DNA of 64,000 bases, taken from positions 864,001 through 928,000 of the forward strand of contig JAXHLW010000013.1 of NCBI GenBank assembly GCA_034521815.1, given 5' to 3'. This document shows, piece after piece, positions 29,805 to 42,714 of the stretch (position 1 is its first letter; every line of letters starts with the position of its first letter). The position numbers and the translations under genes are program-made. Below the pieces are notes generated by a model. The model worked only from the letters and a program-made list of their open reading frames with translations, had not been told where the DNA came from and did not search any database. The stretch comes from Trueperaceae bacterium (GTDB taxonomy: Bacteria > Deinococcota > Deinococci > Deinococcales > Trueperaceae).

Positions 29805-32126
29805 TCACTCGAGCACCTCGCCGATGTCGCGCGGATCGACGTCGACCCGGAGGCGTACGCCGGAGAACGTCCCGGCCGTGGCCGCGGTCAGCAGCTCGTG
29901 CCTGCGTTCGGCGGTCGCGGTCCGCACCAGCAGGTGCGCCACCGATCGCCCGCGTACCCGCGCGATCGCCGCGGGAGCCGGGCCCAGCAGCTCGTCCTCC
30001 GCCGCGCCCGCGGTACGCGCGCGGTCCGCGACCTCGAGCAGCGCGCGCCACGCCGCATCGGCGCTGCGCGCGCTGGCCTGGACCCGCGCCATCCGTCCGT
30101 ACGGCGGGTAGCCGAATCGCCTGCGCCGCTCGTCCATGTCGGCCAGCGCTCGCTGAACGGCTTCCGGCGTCCCCTCCACGAACGCCCGCAGGGTGGGGTG
30201 CTCGGGCGCGAACGTCTGGATCAGGCCCAGGGGCGCGCGCGCGCCGGCCGACTCCTGCAGCGCCGCCAGCGTTCGCAGCACCCGCTCTTCGGCCCTGAAG
30301 TCGTCGGCGTGCAGCGCGCCGTCCACCTGCGTCGCCGCCAGCAGCGACAGCACCGGAAGGGGCGCCAGCCGGAGGACGGCGCTGGTGCCGACCACCACGC
30401 CGGGTGCGCCCCGATACAGCTCGGACAGGTCGTCGCGGACGTCGCCGTCCCAGCGATAGCGCGGAAGCGTGGGTACGGCGCCGGCAAGCGCGCGGAGCAC
30501 CCACTCGCTGCCCGCAGCGCGCTGCGCCTCGAGCTCCAGACCCCCGCACGCCGGACACGCCTGCGGGGGCGGGACGTCGTGGCCGCACTGGTGGCAGCGC
30601 AGCCGTCCATCGCGGGCGTGCCAGCGCAGGGCCAGATCGCAGTTCGGACACATCACCGCCGCGCCGCAGTCGCGGCAGCCCAGCGCGGCCGAGAACCCGC
30701 GTCGCGGCACCATCACCAGCGCCTGGCGTTCCCGTGACGCGACCTGCCGGAGAACGCGGATCGCCTCGTCGCCCAGGGGCCAGGAGCGGGTCTTGCCGAG
30801 GTCGGAGAGCACCCACCGAACCCGCGGCATGGGCAGGTCCACCCCTCCCCGCCCGGGCCCGCGAGCCGGCGCGGCGGTCGCGGCGGTCGCGGCAGGCACG
30901 GCCGGCGCGGCGGTCGCGGCGGCAGCGGCGGTCGCGACGGTCTCCGGCCCGGCCAGCACGTCGGTGAGCGTCATCGGCACGCCGTGGAGCTCGGCCCAGC
31001 CGCGGGCGGCCTCGGGAATCCACGACCGCGATCCGGACCGAAGCTTGTGGCTCTCGGCCCCCGCCTCCAGCACGATCAAGCGCCCCGGTCGCCGGACCGG
31101 CGCGGCCAGCACCGGCCAGGTGCCGATGATCACGGTCGGCGGCCCCTCGCTCAGCGCCGTCTCCCACGCCCGGCGTCGCCTGGGCGTCTCCTCGGCCCGG
31201 GCCAGGACGACGGGCAGGTCGTTCGCGAGCCAGGCGGCGGCCTCCTCGGCCCAAGCACGCTCCGGGGCGATGATCAGCGGAGATCGTCCCGCCGCCACCT
31301 CTTCGTGCAGCGCCGGGACGAGATGCGCCAAGCGATCGGCTCGGCGGCCACCGGCGATCCAGGTCGGAGCGCAGGAAGACGGCGTGCCCATGTCGCGCTG
31401 CATATCCGCGGGCCACGGGACGGCCTCCGGCGGGGCCGGCGGCTCGGGCGGCGGCGCCGGTCGCTGGGCGTAGCGCAGGTAGCCCTTGCGGACCAGCGTG
31501 CGCACCGTGCTTTCGGGCACGTCCGCGTCCCGGGCCAGCGCCGCGCCGCTCTCCACCTCGCCGTGCTCGGCGAGCCACGCCAGCGCCGAGCGTTGCCTGG
31601 CGCGCTGTGGGCCCTGAAGCGCATCCGCGGGGGGCGTCTCGCCCACGGTCAGGACGCGATGGGTGGGTACGGCGGGTCGGACCCGCTCCTCGAGCAGGCC
31701 TTGGCCCCTGAGCATCTCGGTGCGCTCCGGGTCCAGTCTCTCGCCCGGTCCCCACGGGCCGGCGGGGCCGCCGGCAGCGTCCAGCTCGCGGACCTCGTGC
31801 TCCAGATCGGCCCTGAGCGACGACAGCGCGAGCCCCGCCAGGACGACGCCCGCCGGACAGACGGTCCGCCTCGCTTCGGCCAGGATCCACGCGACGGTGC
31901 GCTCCGGCACGGGAGGACCGTCGTCCAGCCAGGCGATCGCCTCCTTGAGCTCCAGGCCGCGCGAGCCGCCGACCTCGCTCACGCCCGTCACGAGGCCGAC
32001 ACGGATCCCGCCCCGCCACGGCACGGCGACGCGCGCACCGACCGGCCCGGGAGGCTGCCCGAACGGCGCCAGCCAGCGCAACGGTGCCAGCGGAAGGGGC
32101 AGGAGAAGGTCGACGGCCAGCGGCAC
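29805..32126 (-). CDS. priA: Primosomal protein N' (helicase motifs degenerate)
   Basis: N-terminal 3'-binding domain (GARVAVPWRG), Zn motifs CRDC/CPNC/CHQC/CPAC, DDFRAEER, IQTFAPEH, RRRFGYPPY, VDVDP. Confidence 0.88.
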   Translation of the reverse strand: MPLAVDLLLPLPLAPLRWLAPFGQPPGPVGARVAVPWRGGIRVGLVTGVSEVGGSRGLELKEAIAWLDDGPPVPERTVAWILAEARRTVCPAGVVLAGLALSSLRADLEHEVRELDAAGGPAGPWGPGERLDPERTEMLRGQGLLEERVRPAVPTHRVLTVGETPPADALQGPQRARQRSALAWLAEHGEVESGAALARDADVPESTVRTLVRKGYLRYAQRPAPPPEPPAPPEAVPWPADMQRDMGTPSSCAPTWIAGGRRADRLAHLVPALHEEVAAGRSPLIIAPERAWAEEAAAWLANDLPVVLARAEETPRRRRAWETALSEGPPTVIIGTWPVLAAPVRRPGRLIVLEAGAESHKLRSGSRSWIPEAARGWAELHGVPMTLTDVLAGPETVATAAAAATAAPAVPAATAATAAPARGPGRGGVDLPMPRVRWVLSDLGKTRSWPLGDEAIRVLRQVASRERQALVMVPRRGFSAALGCRDCGAAVMCPNCDLALRWHARDGRLRCHQCGHDVPPPQACPACGGLELEAQRAAGSEWVLRALAGAVPTLPRYRWDGDVRDDLSELYRGAPGVVVGTSAVLRLAPLPVLSLLAATQVDGALHADDFRAEERVLRTLAALQESAGARAPLGLIQTFAPEHPTLRAFVEGTPEAVQRALADMDERRRRFGYPPYGRMARVQASARSADAAWRALLEVADRARTAGAAEDELLGPAPAAIARVRGRSVAHLLVRTATAERRHELLTAATAGTFSGVRLRVDVDPRDIGEVLE

Positions 32127-32158
32127 GGCGGGAGTGTACCGCGGGGTATCGTCCCGCC

Positions 32159-33160
32159 ATGGCTTCGTCCCGCAGCTACCGCGACGCAGGCGTCGATCTG
32201 GACGCCGCCGACGCCGCCCTGAGCGGCATCCGCGACGCCGTCGAGTCCACCTACACGCCGCGCGTGCTGCGCGGCCTGGGAGCGTTCGGCGGGCTGTTCA
32301 GGGCGGACGATCTGCCCGAGCGACCGGTGCTGGTCGCGACCACCGACGGCGTGGGCACGAAGACGCGGGTGGCCGCCGCTTTGGGCCGCTGGGACGGGAT
32401 CGGGCGGGACCTGGTGAACCACTGTGTGGACGACGTCCTGGCGCAGGGCGCGACGCCGCTGTTCTTTCTCGACTACGTCGCCTCGTCGCGCCTGGACCCG
32501 GCGATCGTCGCCCAGCTCGTGGGCGGCATGGCCGACGCCTGTCGCGAGGCGGGGGCTCCGCTGCTGGGTGGCGAGACCGCGGAGATGCCTGGGGTGTACG
32601 CGCCGGGCGAGGTGGACGTCGTCGGCACGCTGATCGGCGTCGTGGCGGAGGACCGACTGCTGGACGGCTCGCGCATTCGCGAGGGCGACCTGCTGCTGGG
32701 GCTCGCCTCGGGGGGGCTGCAGACGAACGGCTTCAGTCTCGCGCGGAGCGTGCTCGAGGGACGGCTCGACCAGGCGATGCCGGACGGCCGGACGGCCGGC
32801 GAGCATCTGCTGGACGAGCACCGGAGCTTCCTGCCGTCCGTCGCTCCGCTGCTCGAGGCGGGACTGGTGCGGGGCGCCGCGCACGTGACCGGCGGCGGGC
32901 TGCCCGGCAACCTGCCCCGCGTCCTACCGAGCGGCCTGCGCGCCGAGATCGACGGCGCCTGGCCGGAGCCCGCGATCTTCGCGACGATCCGTGAGCTGGG
33001 CTCGGTGGACGAGAGCGAGATGCGGACGGTGTTCAACCTGGGGGTCGGGTTCGTGCTGGCGGTCGCCCCGAGCGACGCGGAGCGTGCCGACGCGCTCTGC
33101 CCCGAGCCGCTGCTACGGATCGGTCGCGTGGCACGCGGCGACGGCGTGCACTGGACCTGA
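32159..33160 (+). CDS. purM: Phosphoribosylformylglycinamidine cyclo-ligase
   Basis: YRDAGVD, TDGVGTK, PLFFLDY, GGETAEMPG, HVTGGG, VFNLGVG. Confidence 0.96.
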   Translation: MASSRSYRDAGVDLDAADAALSGIRDAVESTYTPRVLRGLGAFGGLFRADDLPERPVLVATTDGVGTKTRVAAALGRWDGIGRDLVNHCVDDVLAQGATPLFFLDYVASSRLDPAIVAQLVGGMADACREAGAPLLGGETAEMPGVYAPGEVDVVGTLIGVVAEDRLLDGSRIREGDLLLGLASGGLQTNGFSLARSVLEGRLDQAMPDGRTAGEHLLDEHRSFLPSVAPLLEAGLVRGAAHVTGGGLPGNLPRVLPSGLRAEIDGAWPEPAIFATIRELGSVDESEMRTVFNLGVGFVLAVAPSDAERADALCPEPLLRIGRVARGDGVHWT

Positions 33161-33186
33161 GGGCACCGTGAGACGCGCTACCGGCG

Positions 33187-33235
33187 GTGACGCTCAGGTT
33201 GACGCTCAGGGTGGCGCTCAGGGTCGGCGCTCAGG
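33187..33235. repeat. 12-bp tandem repeat x4 (GTGACGCTCAGG), including the SPFH gene stop codon
   Basis: Units at 33187, 33199, 33211 and 33223. Confidence 0.85.
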
Positions 33236-34197
33236 GCGTCGCCGGCGTAGCGGGCTGCGACGAGCGCTGCTCGCTCAGGCTGCGGAGGTCCAGCAGGAAG
33301 TTGTTGTCCGAGGGGATCATGATCGTCTGGATGCCGGGCGCGAGCCGCTGGGCCACCTCCAGATCGATGATCTCGGGGTTCTCGCGGATCGCCTCGCCGC
33401 GAAGACGCAGCGCCTCGGACTCGCCCTCGGCGCGGGCGATGGCGGCGTCGCGCTCCCCTTCGGCCTCGATCACGCGGCGCTGCGCGGCGATCTCGGACTG
33501 GCGGCGGCGGTTCTCCTCGACCTCGACCTGCTGCTCGGCGGCCTGCTTCTCCTCGATCGCGTTCGTGATCGTGGTCGGAATCCGGATGTCGCGCATCAGC
33601 ACGGCCAGGACCAGGATGTTGTCCTCTTCCAGGGCGTCCTTGAGGCTGGCCTCGACGCCGAGCTGCAGGTCGGTGCGCTGGGTGCTGATCAGGTCGGCCG
33701 CGGCGTACTGGCCGATCGCGTCGCGAATCTGGCTGCGTACCTCGGGCCGGACGCGCACCTGCTCGTAGCTGGGCCCGATGTCCTGGTGCAGCCGGGCGGC
33801 GTCGCGCGGGATCGACCTGGTAGAGGATCGTGGCGTCGACGTTGATCTCGAGCCCCTCGCTGGAGCGGGCGGTCACCTGGTCGCCGGTCTCCTGCGCCAG
33901 GGTGAGCTCCTGCTGGCGGATGTCGTACAGAATCACCGACTGCAGGATGGGCAGGACGATGTGGAAGCCCTCGCCCAGCTCGTCGTCCTGGACGCCGCCG
34001 AACACGTTGAACACGACGCCGGAGTTGCCGGCGGGCACGACCACGAACGCCTGGCTGAGCCCGGCCGCGACGAGACCGAACAGGGTGAGGGCCACGCCCA
34101 GGCTACGGACGGCGGACCGCTCGGTCTGGAGGCCCTGGACGGCCAGCGCGGCGCCGGCGACGATCAGGGCGATGGAGATGAAGAGGAATGCACTCAT
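33231..34197 (-). CDS. SPFH/prohibitin (band 7) family membrane protein; one frameshift at ~33808
   Basis: Two TM helices, VVVPAGNSGVVFN, GEGFH, VRPEVRSQIRD, AIEEKQAAEQ, EAEGE/RAEGE coiled coil. Confidence 0.88.
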
Positions 34198-34206
34198 GGC
34201 GTCAGC

Positions 34207-35700
34207 CTACACGCCAGGCAGCTTCGGTCGTGACGGGCGCGGCGACCCGTCGTCCACAGAGCCCGTGCGCGCCGGATCGAGCCGCGCTCCGACGCCCGGC
34301 AGCAGGACCGTGAACACCGTCCCCTCGCCGTGGCGCGAGGTCACCTCGACCCGTCCGCCGTGCTGCTGCACGATCCACTTCACGATCGCCAGGCCCAGGC
34401 CGGAGCCGTTCCCCCGTCCCGAGCGGGCGCCGTCCACGCGGTAGAACCGGTCGAACAGGTGCGGAATGGCCGTGTCGGGAATGCCGGGACCGTCGTCGAG
34501 CACCTCGAGCCGGACGCCTTCGCGCTCTCGCTCGACCGAGAGGCGGACGTGGCGCGCACCGGCGTTCACGGCGTTCTGGACGAGGTTCAACGCGACCTGC
34601 TTCAGCCGCGCCGCATCGCCCTCGACCTCGACGACCGGACCGGGCGTGTCGACGGCGATCTCGACCCCGCCAGCGACGGGAGCGATCTCCATGTGGACCG
34701 CCTCCAGCACCTCCACGAGGTTCATCGGCGCGGTGTCGATCGCGAAGCCGGCGTCCGCCCGGGCCAGCTCCAGCAGGTCCGCCACGAGCTTGCCCATCCG
34801 CTCGGCCTCGCGCCGGATGACGGTGAGGCTGTCCACCTGTTCCGCACTGGGCCGGGTACGACGGACCAGGTAGTTCGCGTGCCCCGCGATCGCCGTGACC
34901 GGCGTTCGCAGCTCGTGGCTGGCGTCGGCGGTGAAGCGACGCTGCGTCTCGAACGACTCCTCGAGCCGGTCCAGCATGTGATTCAGGGTGACCGCGAGCT
35001 CGTAGATCTCGTCGCGGCTCTTCGGCACGGGAACGCGTTGCGCCAGATCGCGACCGGTCACCCGCCCGGCCGCCTGGGTGACGCGCTCCAACGGGCGAAG
35101 CACCTGGCGCGACAGCAGGAACACCCCGATCGCGAACACGACGAACGCCGCGACCACGGTCAAGCCGAGATCCTGGGCGAGCTGCTCCACCGTCGCCGCG
35201 ACGTTGGTGGCCGGCACGCCGACGAACACCGCCGCCGAGAGCGCGATCTCCTGCGCCGGGAACGAGAGCCGTCCCACGTCGCCCAGCACGCGCAGATGCT
35301 CGCCGGAGGGCAGCGTGACCCCGGCCGCCATGCTTCCGGTGTCCAGCAGCTCGGTCAGCTGGGCGTCGCTCAGCTGCGCGACCAGGCTCTCGTCCGTCGG
35401 GTTGGGACGGAACCGCGACGGCTCCACGTACGGAACGCCGGCGCGGACGGCGCTGGCGTCGCTGGGCACCTGGTCGCCTTGACCCACGATCAGGATCTCG
35501 TAGTAGGCGTCGCCGGGAAGCTTGCGGAGCCCCTCGAGCACCGCGCCCGAGGACAGGTCGCTCAGCGCCTGACGGGCCCGTTCTTCCAGCGAGGCCGTGA
35601 GCGACCGCTCCGTCAACAGGTACACCGACACGGCCACGAACGACACCACCAGCGCGAAGAACGCCCCGTAGAAGAGGGTGAGGCGAAGACGCAGCGTCAC
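34207..35700 (-). CDS. HAMP-domain sensor histidine kinase
   Basis: Two TMs, HAMP, ADASHELRTP, NLVQNA, DDGPGI, FDRFYR, GSGLGL. Confidence 0.93.
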   Translation of the reverse strand: MTLRLRLTLFYGAFFALVVSFVAVSVYLLTERSLTASLEERARQALSDLSSGAVLEGLRKLPGDAYYEILIVGQGDQVPSDASAVRAGVPYVEPSRFRPNPTDESLVAQLSDAQLTELLDTGSMAAGVTLPSGEHLRVLGDVGRLSFPAQEIALSAAVFVGVPATNVAATVEQLAQDLGLTVVAAFVVFAIGVFLLSRQVLRPLERVTQAAGRVTGRDLAQRVPVPKSRDEIYELAVTLNHMLDRLEESFETQRRFTADASHELRTPVTAIAGHANYLVRRTRPSAEQVDSLTVIRREAERMGKLVADLLELARADAGFAIDTAPMNLVEVLEAVHMEIAPVAGGVEIAVDTPGPVVEVEGDAARLKQVALNLVQNAVNAGARHVRLSVEREREGVRLEVLDDGPGIPDTAIPHLFDRFYRVDGARSGRGNGSGLGLAIVKWIVQQHGGRVEVTSRHGEGTVFTVLLPGVGARLDPARTGSVDDGSPRPSRPKLPGV

Positions 35701-35710
35701 CGGCGCGCCG

Positions 35711-36388
<678 letters not shown>

Positions 36389-36441
36389 GACCGAACGATG
36401 CCACAGGCGAACATGAGAGCCCTGTGCCGCCCGCGACCGGT

Positions 36442-36486
36442 GGCCGCTCGGGTCAGGGCGCCTCGGGTCGGGGCCGCTCGGGTCGG
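36442..36486. repeat. 15-bp tandem repeat x3 (GGCCGCTCGGGTCRG)
   Basis: Units at 36442, 36457 and 36472. Confidence 0.8.
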
Positions 36487-36497
36487 GACGGTTTCGA

Positions 36498-36989
36498 TCA
36501 GGACGTCGGAAGCAGAATCGTCTCCTGGACCTCGATGCCTTCGCTCAGCACGTCGGCGGCCCACGCGCGTGCACCCGGAAGCGAATGGTCGCGCCAGTTG
36601 CCGCACCGTTCGGGCGAGCAGCCCGGAATCTCGCCTTCGTGGCGAGCCACCGCGCCCAGCGCGGCGACGAACGCGGTCCGCACGTCGTCGGCCTCCGGCT
36701 CGCCGAGGAGGGTGAGGTAGAACCCCGTCCGGCAGCCCATCGGACTCGCGTCGATCACCTCGGCGTCCGATCCGCTCAGGGCGTCGCGGAGGTAGCCGGC
36801 CAGCAGGTGCTCGATGGTGTGGAGCGGACCGGTGGGGACCTCGCCGCGATTGGGTTGGACCAGCCTGAGGTCCCACTTGCTGATTCGGTCGCCGCGCGGT
36901 CCCTGCTTTCGGCCGGCCAGGCGGACGTACGGTGCGCGGACCTTGGTGTGGTCGAGGTCGAACGATTCGACGCGGGTCGTGGGTACCAT
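36498..36989 (-). CDS. luxS: S-ribosylhomocysteine lyase
   Basis: [41 protein letters not shown]. Confidence 0.96.
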   Translation of the reverse strand: MVPTTRVESFDLDHTKVRAPYVRLAGRKQGPRGDRISKWDLRLVQPNRGEVPTGPLHTIEHLLAGYLRDALSGSDAEVIDASPMGCRTGFYLTLLGEPEADDVRTAFVAALGAVARHEGEIPGCSPERCGNWRDHSLPGARAWAADVLSEGIEVQETILLPTS

Positions 36990-37125
36990 GGCCGAACGAT
37001 AGCAGGCGATACCTGCCATGTCCCGCCGGTCCCGGCGGGGTATATGCTGGTTCCCGTTCGGCCGGGCCGCCCCGGTGGCCCCTCTATCTTCCTTTCTACC
37101 GGTATGAAACCGACCGAGGTGATCC

Positions 37126-37647
37126 GTGCAGAGGCGATTGGCAATCTTCATCGACGGCAGCAATCTGTACAACGGCATGCGCGAGAATCTGTCCAACACC
37201 CGGGTGAACCTCGGCGAGCTGATCGCTCAGCTCCGCGGCGACCGCTACCTGATCCGCTGCTACTACTACAACGCGCCGCTCACCGAGGACTACGACGAAG
37301 ACCTGCGCGACGGCCAGGCACGGTTCTTCGAGAGCCTGCGCCGGATTCCGTACGTGACGGTTCGGCTGGGCCGCCTGCACCGTCGTAGCGACGGATCGCT
37401 GGTCGAGAAGGGCATCGACGTCTCGATCGCGGTGGAAGCGCTGGGCCTGGCGTACGAGGACGCGTACGACCAGGCGGTGATCGTGTCGGGCGACGGCGAC
37501 TACGTCGAGCTGGTCGAGGCGATCAAGCGTCGCGGCAAGCAGGTCGAGGTCGCGATGTTCCGCAACCAGTCCGCAGGCGTGCTGATGGAGTACGCCGACG
37601 TGTTCCGGCCGCTCGACGAGATGGCCTGGGACCGAATCCTGTTCTGA
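37126..37647 (+). CDS. NYN (LabA/DUF88) domain protein
   Basis: IFIDGSNLY, EKGIDV, IVSGDGDY, GKQVEV, YAD. Confidence 0.9.
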   Translation: MQRRLAIFIDGSNLYNGMRENLSNTRVNLGELIAQLRGDRYLIRCYYYNAPLTEDYDEDLRDGQARFFESLRRIPYVTVRLGRLHRRSDGSLVEKGIDVSIAVEALGLAYEDAYDQAVIVSGDGDYVELVEAIKRRGKQVEVAMFRNQSAGVLMEYADVFRPLDEMAWDRILF

Positions 37648-37688
37648 GTCGCGGGCTTGCCGCGTCGGACCCGGTCGCCGGGCCGCGG

Positions 37689-40990
<3,302 letters not shown>

Positions 40991-41014
40991 CTAGCTCCCC
41001 ACGGAGGACATCGC

Positions 41015-42115
41015 ATGCGCAGAATCATCGTCATGGTCGCAGCCCTCGCACTCGGTTTCGCGACCTCCCAAGACTACGTGTTCGGCATCGTGTTCGATGC
41101 CGGCGGCAAGTTCGACGGCTCGTTCAACGAGGGAACGTGGCGCGGCCTGGTCCGCGGCATCGAGACCCTCGAAGAGGAAGAGGGCCTCGAGATCGATCTG
41201 CTCGAGTTCGAAGGCACGCCCGACACCTCGGCGCAGGGGCTCCGCAGCATCTCCGAGCAGGGCGCCGAGCTGATCGTCGCGCCCGGCTTCTCGCAGTCCG
41301 ACTCGATCGCGAACGTGTCGCAGGAGTTCCCGTTCACGAGCTACGTCAACATCGACGGCGTGGTCGAGGCCGACAACGTCCGCAGCGTGCTGTTCAAGGA
41401 GCACGAGGGCGGCTTCCTGGTCGGCTACCTGGCCGGCCTGATGACGCGCACCGGCGTGGTGGGCTTCGTCGGCGGCATGGACATCCCGCTCATCCGCAAC
41501 TTCGACATCGGCTACCAGCAGGGCGTCACCTCCGCCTGCCCCGACTGCGAGATCATCAGCAACTACGTCGGCACGACGCCGTCGGCCTGGAACGATCCGG
41601 CGCGCGCCAAGGAGCTCGCCGCCTCGCAGCGCGCCCAGGGAGCGGACATCGTGTACGCCGCCGCGGGCGCGTCGGGCAACGGCGTGATCGACTTCGTCAC
41701 CGAGCAGAAGTGCTTCGTTCCCTCCGGCCCGGTCCGTACCACGCCGCTCCTGGACGTTCCCGTCTCCGACGCGTACGCCTCCGAGTGCGGCGAGGACGCC
41801 GAGCCGCTGTTCTTCATCGGCGTCGACAGCAACCAGAACTTCCGCGGCGACACCGACTCCGATCCCTCGACCCTGAACCACGGGCTCACGAGCATGCTCA
41901 AGCGCGTCGACGTGGCCGCCGAGAACGCGGCCTACGACGTCGCCAACGGCGAGTTCACCCCCGGCATCCAGGTCCTGGGCCTGGCCGAGGACGGCGTGGA
42001 CTGGGCGCTGGACGAGTACAACGAGCCTCTCATCCCGCAGAGCGTGATCGATCAGATCGCCGGCATCAAGCAGGCGGTCGTGGACGGCGAGATCGTCGTT
42101 CAGCCGTACGAGTGA
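41015..42115 (+). CDS. BMP-family (nucleoside-type) substrate-binding protein
   Basis: Signal peptide; GGKFDGSFNE, FKEHEGGFLVG, GFVGGMDIPLI, GADIVYAAAG, IGVDSNQ, SMLKRVD. Confidence 0.9.
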   Translation: MRRIIVMVAALALGFATSQDYVFGIVFDAGGKFDGSFNEGTWRGLVRGIETLEEEEGLEIDLLEFEGTPDTSAQGLRSISEQGAELIVAPGFSQSDSIANVSQEFPFTSYVNIDGVVEADNVRSVLFKEHEGGFLVGYLAGLMTRTGVVGFVGGMDIPLIRNFDIGYQQGVTSACPDCEIISNYVGTTPSAWNDPARAKELAASQRAQGADIVYAAAGASGNGVIDFVTEQKCFVPSGPVRTTPLLDVPVSDAYASECGEDAEPLFFIGVDSNQNFRGDTDSDPSTLNHGLTSMLKRVDVAAENAAYDVANGEFTPGIQVLGLAEDGVDWALDEYNEPLIPQSVIDQIAGIKQAVVDGEIVVQPYE

Positions 42116-42157
42116 TCCGACGCTGACGCGGTAAGCGCTGGAATCGGATCGCCCACC

Positions 42158-42201
42158 GCACGAGGAGGGGCCCGGCGACGTCGCCGGGCCCCTCCTCGTG
42201 C
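42158..42201. terminator. 44-bp perfect palindrome / terminator-like hairpin
   Basis: GCACGAGGAGGGGCCCGGCGAC|GTCGCCGGGCCCCTCCTCGTGC. Confidence 0.7.
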
Positions 42202-42215
42202 TACGCTTCGCCTTC

Positions 42216-42579
<364 letters not shown>

Positions 42580-42582
42580 CTA

Positions 42583-42615
42583 CGCGGGCGAGGGGTTTCC
42601 TCTCGCCCGCGTTCT
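42583..42615 (+). terminator. Terminator of rnpB
   Basis: ACGCGGGCGAGGGG..CCTCTCGCCCGCGT followed by TCT. Confidence 0.75.
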
Positions 42616-42714
42616 CGTGCGTCCCCCGTCGGCGTCGGGCTTCCAAGGCGACCCCGGATTCCCGTCGCACGGCGCGTCTCGGACGGGCTAGAGTGAAGCG
42701 CGACGGAGGTTTCC

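Noticed and set aside
42616-42714. Riboswitch upstream of yjjI
   Set aside because: No recognisable aptamer consensus. The region is explained by a probable TAGAGT -10 box and a GGAGG RBS.
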